Assembly: GCA_903958395.1 (NCBI GenBank)
Contig: CAJBSZ010000101.1
Coordinates: 3,894-67,893, forward strand
Direction: 5' to 3'
Source: an uncultured bacterium
GTDB lineage: Bacteria; Verrucomicrobiota; Kiritimatiellia; CAIKKV01; CAITUY01
DNA: 64,000 bases
Numbering within the stretch: position 1 is the stretch's first letter; each line of letters begins with the position of its first letter. This document shows, in pieces, positions 1-9,355 of the stretch. A program made the position numbers and the translations under genes. The notes beneath the pieces were generated by a model. That model saw only the letters and a program-made list of their open reading frames with translations, was not told the origin of the DNA and made no database searches.

Positions 1-416
1 TTACGCCTGGAGCCGGGTATGTCGATCTGTCGGGCGCAGTCTGGATCGGCCTGTTTTCGGGAATCATTTGCTGGCTTGCGGTGACGGCACTCAAGGCAAA
101 ATACCAGTATGATGACTCGCTGGATGCCTTCGGGGTTCACGGCGTGGGCGGCATCTGGGGGACCCTGGCGGTGGGGATCTGGGGAACCAAGGCGGTGAAT
201 CTGGCGGGGGTGGACGGACTGATCCATGGCAATCCGATTCAGCTCTTGATTCAAACCAAGGCAGTCGTGATCACCATGCTCTACTCCTTTATTGTGTCGT
301 TGGTACTGTTCAAGGTTGTGGATTTCGTGTTAGGACTTCGCGTGAATGAACATGAGGAGGCCATCGGACTGGATTTGACCCAGCACCGCGAGGCCGGATA
401 TACCCTGTTGGATTAG
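1..416 (+). CDS. amtB: ammonium transporter Amt, C-terminal fragment (gene starts upstream of the window)
   Basis: Frame-3 translation from base 3 reads ...GAGYVDLSGAVWIGLFSGIICWLAV... and continues into ORF 81..416 (GVHGVGGIWGTLAVGIWG), matching typical Amt C-terminal TM helices. glnK lies directly downstream. Confidence 0.8.
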   Translation, partial: TPGAGYVDLSGAVWIGLFSGIICWLAVTALKAKYQYDDSLDAFGVHGVGGIWGTLAVGIWGTKAVNLAGVDGLIHGNPIQLLIQTKAVVITMLYSFIVSLVLFKVVDFVLGLRVNEHEEAIGLDLTQHREAGYTLLD

Positions 417-427
417 GAGAAACCATC

Positions 428-769
428 ATGAAGTATCTTGTTGCCATTATTCAGCCCGACCGGCTTGATGAAGTGTTGAATCTGCTGACCAAGAAGGAAA
501 TTCATCTCGTTACGGTCAGTAATGTGGTCGGCCGCGGCAGGCAGAAGGGAATTGCCGAGGTGTACCGGAGTCACCGCGAAGCGGGCACGCTGCTCAAAAA
601 GGTGAAGCTTGAAATTGCCGTCAACGATGAGTTCCTTCAGCAGGCCATGGACGCGATTGTCGAGGGTGCCCGTACCGGACAAACAGGGGATGGTAAGATT
701 TTTGTATTCGACATGCAGGACTGCATGAGAATCAGAACCGGGGAAACCGGGCCGGTCGCGATCGGCTGA
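428..769 (+). CDS. glnK: nitrogen regulatory protein P-II (GlnK type)
   Basis: 113 aa, MKYLVAIIQP...VVGRGRQKGIAEVYRS... gives the P-II fold signature with a T-loop Tyr; it starts 11 nt after amt. Confidence 0.85.
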   Translation: MKYLVAIIQPDRLDEVLNLLTKKEIHLVTVSNVVGRGRQKGIAEVYRSHREAGTLLKKVKLEIAVNDEFLQQAMDAIVEGARTGQTGDGKIFVFDMQDCMRIRTGETGPVAIG

Positions 770-776
770 CAACGAC

Positions 777-1577
777 TTAGCCCGCGAATTTCCGGAGATA
801 TTTTACAGACACTGTAAAATCCTTCGGCCAGGGAGCTTCCAGGAGAATCGGAAGTCCGGTTGTCGGGTGGACGATTTCAAGTCGTTCCGCATGCAGGGCG
901 GGACGCGCCATCAAGGGGCGCTCACCTTCCGGCTTCATCCGGTAATCACGCTTGAGCTGTGACAGCAAAAGCGGAAACCCGTTGCCATAGTCCGTATCCG
1001 CAACCAGCGGGCACCCGATTTCCTTCAGATGCGCCCGGATCTGATGAAATCGTCCCGTCAACGGCTCAACTTTGATCAGGGAATACTTTTTAAACGATTC
1101 CACCCGGGTGAATCGTGTGATGGCTGATTTCCCGCGGCCACGGTCTACAGTCATAAGCTCAGGACGGGCCAGATTGGGGGCCAGGGGAAGATTAACTTCT
1201 ACTTCAGGTTGTGGAAGGGATCCACACACCAGGGCCAGGTAAGTCATCTTCGGATGCCGGTCATGAAACTGCCGGGCCAGATTGATGAGAACCGGCTTGC
1301 TCCGGGCCATCAGCACGATGCCGCTGGTTCCCGCATCAAGGCGATGGACATTCGTTACGTAGTGAAGGTCATGTTGCCGTGCCCAGGTCCGCTGAAGCTT
1401 GATTCCCGAGTGAATCAAGCCCATCAGGTTCTCGGGTGACTTGTCCCGGAGATCAGGCGCCACCAGGAGCCCCGCAGGCTTGTTGACAGCCAGGATGTCC
1501 GCGTCCTCTTCCAGAATCTCGACTTCAGGCCAGAGGGTGCTGAGGCGCAATAATTTTTCGTTGGGAATCTTTTTCAT
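777..1577 (-). CDS. RluA-family pseudouridine synthase
   Basis: HRLDAGTSGIVLMA catalytic Asp motif and RluA-family core; 266 aa. Confidence 0.8.
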   Translation of the reverse strand: MKKIPNEKLLRLSTLWPEVEILEEDADILAVNKPAGLLVAPDLRDKSPENLMGLIHSGIKLQRTWARQHDLHYVTNVHRLDAGTSGIVLMARSKPVLINLARQFHDRHPKMTYLALVCGSLPQPEVEVNLPLAPNLARPELMTVDRGRGKSAITRFTRVESFKKYSLIKVEPLTGRFHQIRAHLKEIGCPLVADTDYGNGFPLLLSQLKRDYRMKPEGERPLMARPALHAERLEIVHPTTGLPILLEAPWPKDFTVSVKYLRKFAG

Positions 1578-1599
1578 GGGTGAACAAGGTCGGAGAGGA

Positions 1600-1989
1600 T
1601 CATGTTTGAGCCGGCTTGATCTTCACGATGCAGTCGGTGAGATCCTGAACCCGGAAAGGCTTGGGAAGCACATCCTTGAAGCCATGTGATTGATAAGACA
1701 AAAGCATATTATCCAGAGACGAACCGCTGGCCATGATGGCGTAGACATTAGGATCCAGAATGCGCAATTTCTTGAGGGTTTCCAGCCCGCCCATTCCACT
1801 CTGAACGGTCAGGTCAAGAATGACAGCCAAATAGGGGGTATTCTCCTTGAGGGCTTTTTCGAAGCACGTAAGGGCCTCGTCTCCGCACGATGTGGTATCG
1901 ACATCATAGCCAAGCCGGTTCAACAAGAGCGTACAGATCTTGCAGATCGAGACATCATCGTCCATGACTAGGATTTTTGGCTTCATCAA
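1600..1989 (-). CDS. single-domain response regulator (CheY-like receiver)
   Basis: 129 aa with the MDDD acidic pocket, the phospho-acceptor Asp in VILDLT, and a conserved Lys near the C-terminus. Confidence 0.75.
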   Translation of the reverse strand: MMKPKILVMDDDVSICKICTLLLNRLGYDVDTTSCGDEALTCFEKALKENTPYLAVILDLTVQSGMGGLETLKKLRILDPNVYAIMASGSSLDNMLLSYQSHGFKDVLPKPFRVQDLTDCIVKIKPAQT

Positions 1990-2078
1990 GGTGCCAACAT
2001 AACACAGGAGTTCGGGGTTGTCGAAGCGTAATTCAGTCCACTTTTGACGAATCCTGAAATTTCACATAAAGTCACGGC

Positions 2079-3737
2079 ATGACGAAGATCGTGTTCCTTG
2101 CCGCCAACTGTTCCTACTCCCATGCCAGCCTTGCGGCCTGGTGTCTCCGTGCGGCTGTGAATCCTGGAGAAGGGGAGTGGCAGACCCTTGAGGTCACGAT
2201 CAAGGACGATCCGGATATCGTGGCCGGGCGGATTGTGGCGGCCCAGCCAGATATTTTGGCGGCTACGCTCTATTTGTTCAATCGTCAATTTGTCTCAGGC
2301 GTTCTCGAGAAGGTCAAGGCACTGCACGGGCGCGAACGTCCCCGGTATATCGTCGGTGGGCCGGAGTGTCTGGGGAATAACCAGTTCTTGGTTCAACCCG
2401 ATGGCGTGGCCGATGTCGCGGTTCGCGGGGAGGGAGAACAGGCTTTCCCCGCCTTTCTGGATGCCGTGAAGGAGGGGTCAGCCTGGTGGACGATCCCCGG
2501 AATTTGCACCACCCGGGATGGTGTGTATCGCGATAATGGTGTGGCGAACGTGTTAGAGGATCTCGACAGTATCCCGCCTTTCTATCACCGGGAACTGGCT
2601 GGATTCACCCGGCCCTTTGTCCAGTTGGAAACGTCACGGGGATGCGGGAATGGCTGTCTTTTTTGCACCAGTCGAAAGTCCGGCACAAGAGTCCATTCCC
2701 TCGCCCGCGTTCGAGGCGATTTGCGGGACATTGAAAGGGCCGGGATTCCGGAGATCCGGGTGGTGGATCGGACTTTTAATGAAGATGCGGCGCGGGCGGT
2801 GGCGCTTGTTGAAATCTTCCGGGATGAATTTCCCGGCCTTCGATTTCATCTCGAGATTGATCCCGCACGGGTTAGTGGGGCTCTTTCGAACGAGTTGGCA
2901 AAGGCGGCGCCGGGCCAGTTCCATATCGAGGCGGGAATCCAAAGCTTGAGCCCGGTGGTGTATTCAGCCATTGAGCGGCAGGCAACGGTGACCCGGACTG
3001 TGGGCGGTTTGGCAAAACTCTGCGCCTTGAAACCGGTTGAAGTTCATGTGGATCTGATTGCCGGTCTTCCCGGAGGAACCGTAAAAGACCTTCTGAATGA
3101 CCTGAATGCCCTCATCGGCCTGGAGCCTGAAGAGATCCAGTTGGAGCGATTGAAGCTCCTGCCTGGCACTCCGCTTGCCGAGTCCCCGGAACGCTGGGGC
3201 TTGGTGGCCATGTCAACGCCGCCCTATGCCATTTTGAGTACGCCGCAAATGACGAAGGCGGATTTGAAGCAAGCCGATCATCTATCAAAAATTCTGGACT
3301 GGTTCTATAATGTCGAGTCGTTACGTGACCTGATGGTGGCCGCAGTAGGAACCTCCAGTAATTGGCTTGAAAATTTCGTGTCATGGGTGGAGGTTCGGAC
3401 AGGATTCGGGTTATGCCCGAATCTCGAGGATCGTTTCAAGGTCTTGGCGGAGTATCTTGCCGCCCAACAGGATGGGGCACAATCCGATCTTATAAACCGT
3501 CTCCATTATCGGTGGTATCGCCTGGGCTTTAGCGTCAGGCAGGGTCCCTGCCGCGCGGCGCAATGGAAAAGGGCGATTCCTGATACCGCGTCGATTCTTG
3601 AAGGGGATCCCGGGGTTAGAGTCTCGCGAATCTGGCGTGTGGAACTGGAAACGACTCATCTCTTCTGTTATGGTACCGGAAAAAGAGGAGAGCGCGCCGT
3701 TGTGGCAATTTATCGTCTTGATGAGGACGCATCATGA
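2079..3737 (+). CDS. B12-binding-domain radical SAM protein
   Basis: N-terminal cobalamin-binding-like region, then a CGNGCLFC radical-SAM cysteine motif; 552 aa. Confidence 0.8.
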   Translation: MTKIVFLAANCSYSHASLAAWCLRAAVNPGEGEWQTLEVTIKDDPDIVAGRIVAAQPDILAATLYLFNRQFVSGVLEKVKALHGRERPRYIVGGPECLGNNQFLVQPDGVADVAVRGEGEQAFPAFLDAVKEGSAWWTIPGICTTRDGVYRDNGVANVLEDLDSIPPFYHRELAGFTRPFVQLETSRGCGNGCLFCTSRKSGTRVHSLARVRGDLRDIERAGIPEIRVVDRTFNEDAARAVALVEIFRDEFPGLRFHLEIDPARVSGALSNELAKAAPGQFHIEAGIQSLSPVVYSAIERQATVTRTVGGLAKLCALKPVEVHVDLIAGLPGGTVKDLLNDLNALIGLEPEEIQLERLKLLPGTPLAESPERWGLVAMSTPPYAILSTPQMTKADLKQADHLSKILDWFYNVESLRDLMVAAVGTSSNWLENFVSWVEVRTGFGLCPNLEDRFKVLAEYLAAQQDGAQSDLINRLHYRWYRLGFSVRQGPCRAAQWKRAIPDTASILEGDPGVRVSRIWRVELETTHLFCYGTGKRGERAVVAIYRLDEDAS

Positions 3738-4516
3738 AGACTCAGATATTCTACTTTTCGAGCACGGGAAATTCACTTTGCGTTGCGCGCGATATCGCGC
3801 AGGCCATTGGCGGCGAGGTAGAACTCAGTGCGATTCCTCGCGCGCTCAAGACCCCAGTCCCAGTGACAGCGTCCGCGATCGGGATCGTCTTTCCTGTTTA
3901 CATCTGGGGTTTGCCCGCCATCGTGAGGCGGTTTGTGGAACAACTTGATATTCCGCCTTCAACCTATATTTTTTCTGTAGCAACCTGCGACGGGAATGCG
4001 GCGGGAACGATGCTTCAATTGAGGGAACTGCTGGAGAGGAGCGGGCATGTTTTAGCCTTGGGTAAAATCATCCGGATGCCGGGCAACTATATTTTGATGT
4101 ACGGTGCGGAACCCAAGTGGTGGCAGAAAAGGCGGTTTGCAAAGGCAAAGAGTGCCGTTCAGCGGATTGCCCCTCTCATTGCCGCCCGGAAGCCCGGAAA
4201 GGTGGACTGCGGGACATGGCTGGGTCGACTGCTTCTATCCAAATTTATCTACAACGGGGGAATGAAGCAGATTCAGACCACCGACATCAAGTTCCGGTCC
4301 ACGGAGCCCTGTAACGGGTGCGGCCTTTGTGTCAAGGTGTGTCCCGTTCGTAATGTTGCTCTTCACGAAGGTCGTCCCCGTTGGCTGCACCACTGTGAAC
4401 ACTGTCTGGCGTGCCTCCAGTGGTGTCCGCAGGGAGCCATCGAGTTTGGTAAAATCACTGAAGGCCGGGGCCGCTATCATCACCCCGAGTGTTCGGCGTC
4501 TGACTTCATGTTTTGA
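3734..4516 (+). CDS. flavodoxin-like domain fused to 2x[4Fe-4S] ferredoxin (EFR1-type ferredoxin)
   Basis: MKTQIFYFSSTGNS flavodoxin start; C-terminal CNGCGLCVKVCP...CEHCLACLQWCP ferredoxin motifs; ATGA overlap with the radical SAM gene. Confidence 0.7.
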   Translation: MKTQIFYFSSTGNSLCVARDIAQAIGGEVELSAIPRALKTPVPVTASAIGIVFPVYIWGLPAIVRRFVEQLDIPPSTYIFSVATCDGNAAGTMLQLRELLERSGHVLALGKIIRMPGNYILMYGAEPKWWQKRRFAKAKSAVQRIAPLIAARKPGKVDCGTWLGRLLLSKFIYNGGMKQIQTTDIKFRSTEPCNGCGLCVKVCPVRNVALHEGRPRWLHHCEHCLACLQWCPQGAIEFGKITEGRGRYHHPECSASDFMF

Positions 4517-4571
4517 AAAGCAGGGCTTTAACGGATTGATCTGGGGGAGTGCTTCGGGTACGGTCTGCGTC

Positions 4572-5789
4572 ATGGATACAGTTTTCATCATTTTATCAGT
4601 GGTCCTTTCGGCTATTTCAGTGGGGTGGTTTCTCGGGCGCCGGAAAGAGTCCGTGGAAGGCGGGCCACTTCAGGCCCGGTTTGATTCCATGGAGAAGGCC
4701 TTGGATCGCAACGAACGTCTCGTTCGGGAGGAAATGGAGCGGAACCGTTCCGAAATGACCCGCCAGATCGGCCTCCTGACCCAGTCCAATGAACAGAAAA
4801 TCGAGCAGTTGCGTCAAAGTGTTTCCGGCGGACTCCAGCAAATCCAGGAGGACAACGCCCGCAAGCTGGACCAGATGCGCCAGACGGTGGACGAGAAACT
4901 CCAAGGCACATTAGAGAGAAGGCTTGGGGAGTCCTTTCGATTGGTCAGCGAGCGGTTGGAACTGGTTCAAAAAGGGTTGGGTGAGATGCAGGAATTGGCC
5001 AACGGGGTGGGGGATCTCAAGCGGGTTCTGACCAATGTGAAAACGCGGGGCACCTGGGGCGAAATCCAGTTGGGAGCCCTGCTGGAGCAGATTTTGACCC
5101 AGGAGCAATATGCGACCAATGTCGCTCCCAAGCCGGGCTCTTCCGAGCGGGTTGAGTTTGCGATTCGGCTGCCCGGGCGCGATGAGCTGGAAGGCTCCTC
5201 CGTCTGGATTCCCCTGGATGCCAAGTTTCCGAAGGAGGACTACGAGCGTCTGCTGATTGCCCAGGAGAAAGCGGATCCTATTCTGGCGGAAGAGGCGGCC
5301 AAGCGGTTGGAGGAACAGATCCGGAAATGCGGCCGGGATATTCGCGACAAGTATATCAGCCCGCCCCACACGACCGATTTTGCCATTCTCTACCTTCCCA
5401 TTGAGGGTCTCTATGCCGAGGTGATCCGGCGCACGGGTCTCATGGAGTCACTGCAACAAACCTGCCGGGTTGTCGTGGCCGGGCCCACAACGCTGGCGGC
5501 CTTGTTGAATGCACTCCAGATGGGTTTCCGCACGCTGGCAATTCAAAAACGGTCAAGCGAAGTCTGGAAATTGCTGGGAGCCGTGAAGCTTGAATTCACA
5601 CGGTTTACAGACCATCTCGATGCCGTGCAGAAGAAATTGCACCAGGCCTCGGATTCCATCGAGGATGCCACCCGCAAGTCCCGTCAGATCCAGCGCCGCC
5701 TCAAGGATGTTCAGGACCTCCCCGCTTCTGAAGTCCCCGCCTTGCTGGGGGGCGACCCCAATGAGCCTCTTCAAGTTCCTGAGCCCTGA
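4572..5789 (+). CDS. rmuC: DNA recombination protein RmuC
   Basis: N-terminal TM helix followed by a long coiled coil and the RmuC C-terminal region. The start was moved to the internal ATG at 4572, because the ORF-track N-terminal extension overlaps the upstream gene. Confidence 0.75.
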   Translation: MDTVFIILSVVLSAISVGWFLGRRKESVEGGPLQARFDSMEKALDRNERLVREEMERNRSEMTRQIGLLTQSNEQKIEQLRQSVSGGLQQIQEDNARKLDQMRQTVDEKLQGTLERRLGESFRLVSERLELVQKGLGEMQELANGVGDLKRVLTNVKTRGTWGEIQLGALLEQILTQEQYATNVAPKPGSSERVEFAIRLPGRDELEGSSVWIPLDAKFPKEDYERLLIAQEKADPILAEEAAKRLEEQIRKCGRDIRDKYISPPHTTDFAILYLPIEGLYAEVIRRTGLMESLQQTCRVVVAGPTTLAALLNALQMGFRTLAIQKRSSEVWKLLGAVKLEFTRFTDHLDAVQKKLHQASDSIEDATRKSRQIQRRLKDVQDLPASEVPALLGGDPNEPLQVPEP

Positions 5790-5864
5790 ACCCTTTCGTT
5801 GCGTTCCCCTCCCCGGAGTTGACATCCCTGATGGCTTGCTCTATGGTGTGCCGACTTTTTTCAC

Positions 5865-5940
5865 AGGCCGTTAGCTCAGTTGGTAGAGCACGACACTTTT
5901 AATGTTGGGGTCGTGGGTTCGAGTCCCACACGGCCTACCA
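5865..5940 (+). tRNA. tRNA-Lys (anticodon UUU)
   Basis: Folded by hand into a cloverleaf: 7-bp acceptor stem AGGCCGT/ACGGCCT, D-arm GCTC-AGTTGGTA-GAGC, anticodon loop CTTTTAA, T-arm GTGGG-TTCGAGT-CCCAC, discriminator A and an encoded CCA. Confidence 0.9.
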
Positions 5941-6017
5941 TCCTTCGCTCTGTACCCCTTCCGTTGGTCGGGGTTTGAGCTTCGGAAGGGCTTCGACCAT
6001 ACGGAAAGGACAGTACC

Positions 6018-6896
6018 ATGAAACTAGGCATCATTGGCGGCAGCGGATTGTACCAACTGGAAGGCCTTGAAAATGTCAGCGAGGTTACCCTCCAGACACC
6101 CTTCGGAAATCCATCGGATGCCTACATTCAGGGAACGCTCAGCGGAGTGGATGTTTATTTTCTTCCCCGGCATGGGCGCGGGCATCGCGTTCTTCCCTCG
6201 GAGATCAACCACAAGGCGAATATCTGGGGATTTAAGAAGCTGGGAGTGGACCGGGTCATCTCCGTGAGTGCTGTGGGGAGTCTTCGTGAGGGAATACGCC
6301 CCCGGGACATTGTCCTCCCTGATCAGTATTTTGATCGGACAAAAGGTTCATTAAACCACACTTTTTTCGGAAACGGAATTGTCGGGCATGTGTCATTCGG
6401 CGATCCAACGTGCAAGGATTTGCGCAACACCATGGCCGGGATTGTTGCGGAGACGGTGCGGGATTTGAAACTGGACGGAGTCGTCCGGCTTCACAAGGAT
6501 GGTACGTATGTGAACATGGAGGGGCCCGCCTTCTCCACCCGCGCGGAATCGAATGTCTACCGCGGGATGGGTTTCGATATCATCGGAATGACAAGCCTTC
6601 CTGAGGCGAAACTTTGCCGGGAGGCAGAGTTGTGCTACCAGTCCATCGCCATGGCAACGGATTACGACTGCTGGCGTGTCAGCGAGGAGGAAGTCTCCGT
6701 TGAAATGGTTATCGCGACCCTTACCGCCAATGCCAATTTGGTCAAGGAAATCATCCGCCGCCTGGTTCCCGCGTTACCCGTGACTCGGGATTGCTCCTGC
6801 CAGCATGCGTTGAAGTTCGCCATCATGACGGACATGAAATGCGTGCCGCCGGCGACGCTGGAAGCCTTGTCCCCGATGCTGGTGAAATATCGGTGA
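6018..6896 (+). CDS. mtnP: S-methyl-5'-thioadenosine phosphorylase (MTAP/PNP family)
   Basis: MKLGIIGGSGL...FLPRHGRGH...MTSLPEA motifs of MTAP-type purine nucleoside phosphorylases. Confidence 0.8.
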   Translation: MKLGIIGGSGLYQLEGLENVSEVTLQTPFGNPSDAYIQGTLSGVDVYFLPRHGRGHRVLPSEINHKANIWGFKKLGVDRVISVSAVGSLREGIRPRDIVLPDQYFDRTKGSLNHTFFGNGIVGHVSFGDPTCKDLRNTMAGIVAETVRDLKLDGVVRLHKDGTYVNMEGPAFSTRAESNVYRGMGFDIIGMTSLPEAKLCREAELCYQSIAMATDYDCWRVSEEEVSVEMVIATLTANANLVKEIIRRLVPALPVTRDCSCQHALKFAIMTDMKCVPPATLEALSPMLVKYR

Positions 6897-7633
6897 GATG
6901 GGGGCTCGACAGACTCCGGCATCTGGATCCGGGTTCTCTACTGGATCTACTCTGGCCCCGCACCTGTGAAGCCTGCGGGAAGCCTGCCGGGGCTGCCGCG
7001 AAGTATCTGTGCTGGGACTGCCTGGCCGCCTTGCCGGTGATTGAAGCTCCGTTCTGCTCCCGGTGTGGAGATCCGGTTGAGGGCGAAATCACACGGGATT
7101 ACATCTGTTCATTCTGCGTTGACCGGCCCCCGGCGTTTGACCAGGCTCGTTCTGCCGTCCGGTTCCGCGCTTCTGTCAAGGATGTGCTTCACCGGTTTAA
7201 ATATTCCCATGCCACTTTCCTGGACAAGGATCTTGCCACCCTGTTGCACGCCTGTGTGCGGACTCATTACAGTCATGAACGATTTGACGCCATCACATTT
7301 GTTCCGTTGCATCCGGCAAAGGAGCGGGCACGTACCTATAACCAAGCGCGGCTCCTCGCCGGGCGGTTGGCTGGAATGATGGACATCCCCCTGGCGCGGG
7401 GCTGTCTGGCGCGGGCACGGGAAACGGGGACTCAGACTCACCTCAGCATGCGGGACCGGGCAAGAAACATGGCCGGCGCCTTTGAGGCGCGCTGCCCGGA
7501 CTGGATTAAGGGCCGGAATTTTCTTCTCGTCGATGATGTCATGACCACCGGGGCGACTGTGAACGAGATCAGCCGGACCTTGAAGGACGCTGGCGCATCC
7601 AGAGTGTGCGTCGTCACCGTGGCGAGAGGGTAG
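6893..7633 (+). CDS. comF: ComF-family protein (Zn-ribbon + phosphoribosyltransferase domain)
   Basis: CEACG...C...C Zn ribbon followed by the PRTase motif LLVDDVMTTGAT. The start is assigned to a GTG overlapping the mtnP stop (GTGA); it is uncertain. Confidence 0.65.
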   Translation: MRWGLDRLRHLDPGSLLDLLWPRTCEACGKPAGAAAKYLCWDCLAALPVIEAPFCSRCGDPVEGEITRDYICSFCVDRPPAFDQARSAVRFRASVKDVLHRFKYSHATFLDKDLATLLHACVRTHYSHERFDAITFVPLHPAKERARTYNQARLLAGRLAGMMDIPLARGCLARARETGTQTHLSMRDRARNMAGAFEARCPDWIKGRNFLLVDDVMTTGATVNEISRTLKDAGASRVCVVTVARG

Positions 7634-7701
7634 GATTGAAAAATAATTTGACGGAAGAAAACGCGCTGTATAGATTACGCGCCTTCTTTACGGGCCATTG
7701 T

Positions 7702-7776
7702 GCCCCCATCGTCTATCGGTTAGGACAGCAGGTTCTCAACCTGTTAAGAGGAGTTCGACTCTCCTTGGGGGTGCCA
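7702..7776 (+). tRNA. tRNA-Glu (anticodon CUC)
   Basis: Hand-folded: acceptor GCCCCCA/TGGGGGT (G1-U72), D-arm GTCT-ATCGGTTA-GGAC, anticodon stem GCAGG/CCTGT with loop TTCTCAA, T-arm AGGAG-TTCGACT-CTCCT, discriminator G, CCA. The TCGTCTA..GG..AGGACA D-region is typical of tRNA-Glu. Confidence 0.8.
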
Positions 7777-7789
7777 TTTCGCGCTTTGT

Positions 7790-9355
7790 TTACCGTACGG
7801 ATACTTCGCGGAAGGCGCCGTGCATTTCTTGGATGAGATCGGTTGCGGTCAGCGTGGCCTGGGAGCGCCGCCACATGACGTTGTCGCCGGATCGTCCATG
7901 AATGAAGACGGCGGAACAGGCGGCTTCAAAAGGATTCAGGCCCTGGGCCAGGAACCCCCCCATGATTCCGGCTAGTACATCACCCATGCCGCCGGACGCC
8001 ATGCCGGGATTGCCGGTCATATTGACGTGGATCGGCTTGCCGTCCTGCGCCACAATCGTTCCAGCTCCCTTCAGAACGACAATGGAACGGGTCAGGATGG
8101 CGGCTTTTAAGGCGGCGGCTTCCCGATCCTGTTGAATGGCTTCGATCGAGCAGCCCAGCAGTCGTGCCAGTTCGCCGGGGTGGGGGGTGATGATTACCGG
8201 GCAGGATGCCCCGGCAAGGCTCTCGGGATGGCCTTCCAGGACATTGAGGGCGTCGGCATCCAGCAGGAGCGGGCGACGACAGTCGGCCAGAAGGTTTCGC
8301 ACCCAGGTCGCAGTATCGGGATGACGCGTCATTCCCGGGCCGACCACGATGGCGCTGAAGTCATTGATCCGGTGTTTCCAGGTATCCCAGACACCCGCCT
8401 TCAGGGAGCCGGTTTCTGTTTCGTCGCCGGGATAGGTCATGACTTCAAGCGCCGCGTTGGCCACGACCGGATAAGTGGTACGGGGAACCAGCGCGCTGAC
8501 CAGCCCGGTTCCGGCATGCAGGGCCGCCAGGGCCGCCATCGCCGGGGCACCCGCATAACCGGTGGCACCTCCCACGATCAGGACATGACCGAATTCACCC
8601 TTGTGTGCCGTGCGGGCACGTTTCGGAAGATGACGCCGGACATCCCAGCCGCTGATGAGATGACGCGGTGAGGCGTAGTGGGCCGTCAACTCAACGGGAA
8701 TACCGATCCCGATCACATCCAGGCTTCCCACAAAGGGGATCGCCTTTTGCGTCAGTAACCCGACCTTTGGCATTCCAACGGTGACGGTGATGTCGGCCCG
8801 AACCGCCTCCCCAGGCGTTTCCCCGGTATCGGCATCAAGCCCGGACGGCACATCGATCGAGACAACCAGATTGTCCTCCCCAACCGTGTTGATGTAATGG
8901 ATGGCTCCGGCGATGGGGCCGCGCGGGGGGCCGTTGACCCCGATTCCAAGAACCCCATCGACGATAATCTCTCCGCTTCCGGTATCTCGAAGGGCGTCAT
9001 CCCATGATTCCTTGGTGGGGAGTTCGATCAGGGGAATCCCGGCGGCCCTCATTTTGCCCAGATGCCGGAGGGCATCGCCGCGGATATCCGATGCGGAGCC
9101 GGCGAGAAGCACCTCGACTTCAAAGTCGTCCTCATGCAGAAACAGGGCGGTGGCGAAGGCATCGCCCCCGTTATTGCCGCGTCCCGCAATAATCTGGATA
9201 AACACATCGCCGCCGCGAGCTTTGTCAGCCAGATACTCCACCGTGGAAGCCACACCCTGTCCCGCCCGCCGCATCAGGTCAAACCCCGGAATCTCAAATT
9301 CCGCCGAGGCAATTTTGTCGAGTTCCCGCATCTGGGCCGAGGTGATTGCCTTCAT
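7790..9355 (-). CDS. nnr: bifunctional NAD(P)H-hydrate repair enzyme (epimerase + ADP-dependent dehydratase)
   Basis: YjeF-N and YjeF-C/carbohydrate-kinase domains; 521 aa. Confidence 0.85.
   Translation of the reverse strand: MKAITSAQMRELDKIASAEFEIPGFDLMRRAGQGVASTVEYLADKARGGDVFIQIIAGRGNNGGDAFATALFLHEDDFEVEVLLAGSASDIRGDALRHLGKMRAAGIPLIELPTKESWDDALRDTGSGEIIVDGVLGIGVNGPPRGPIAGAIHYINTVGEDNLVVSIDVPSGLDADTGETPGEAVRADITVTVGMPKVGLLTQKAIPFVGSLDVIGIGIPVELTAHYASPRHLISGWDVRRHLPKRARTAHKGEFGHVLIVGGATGYAGAPAMAALAALHAGTGLVSALVPRTTYPVVANAALEVMTYPGDETETGSLKAGVWDTWKHRINDFSAIVVGPGMTRHPDTATWVRNLLADCRRPLLLDADALNVLEGHPESLAGASCPVIITPHPGELARLLGCSIEAIQQDREAAALKAAILTRSIVVLKGAGTIVAQDGKPIHVNMTGNPGMASGGMGDVLAGIMGGFLAQGLNPFEAACSAVFIHGRSGDNVMWRRSQATLTATDLIQEMHGAFREVSVR

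Noticed and set aside
4329-4571. N-terminal extension of the rmuC ORF (and analogous extensions of mntP, TVP38, rpsT, BamD-like, deacetylase, DUF2229, dCMP deaminase, etfB and the Hcy-methyltransferase ORFs)
   Set aside because: The extensions overlap upstream genes, lack RBSs, or precede obvious native N-termini (signal peptides, conserved starts). Internal ATG/GTG starts were chosen instead.
5955-5991. 8-bp perfect hairpin (CCCTTCCG ... CGGAAGGG, 19-nt loop) just downstream of tRNA-Lys
   Set aside because: No U-tract follows, so it is not an intrinsic terminator. It may be a processing or attenuator structure, but there is no supporting evidence.
7698-7901. 67-aa TTG-initiated ORF
   Set aside because: It lies entirely over the tRNA-Glu gene and the 3' end of nnr; it is spurious.
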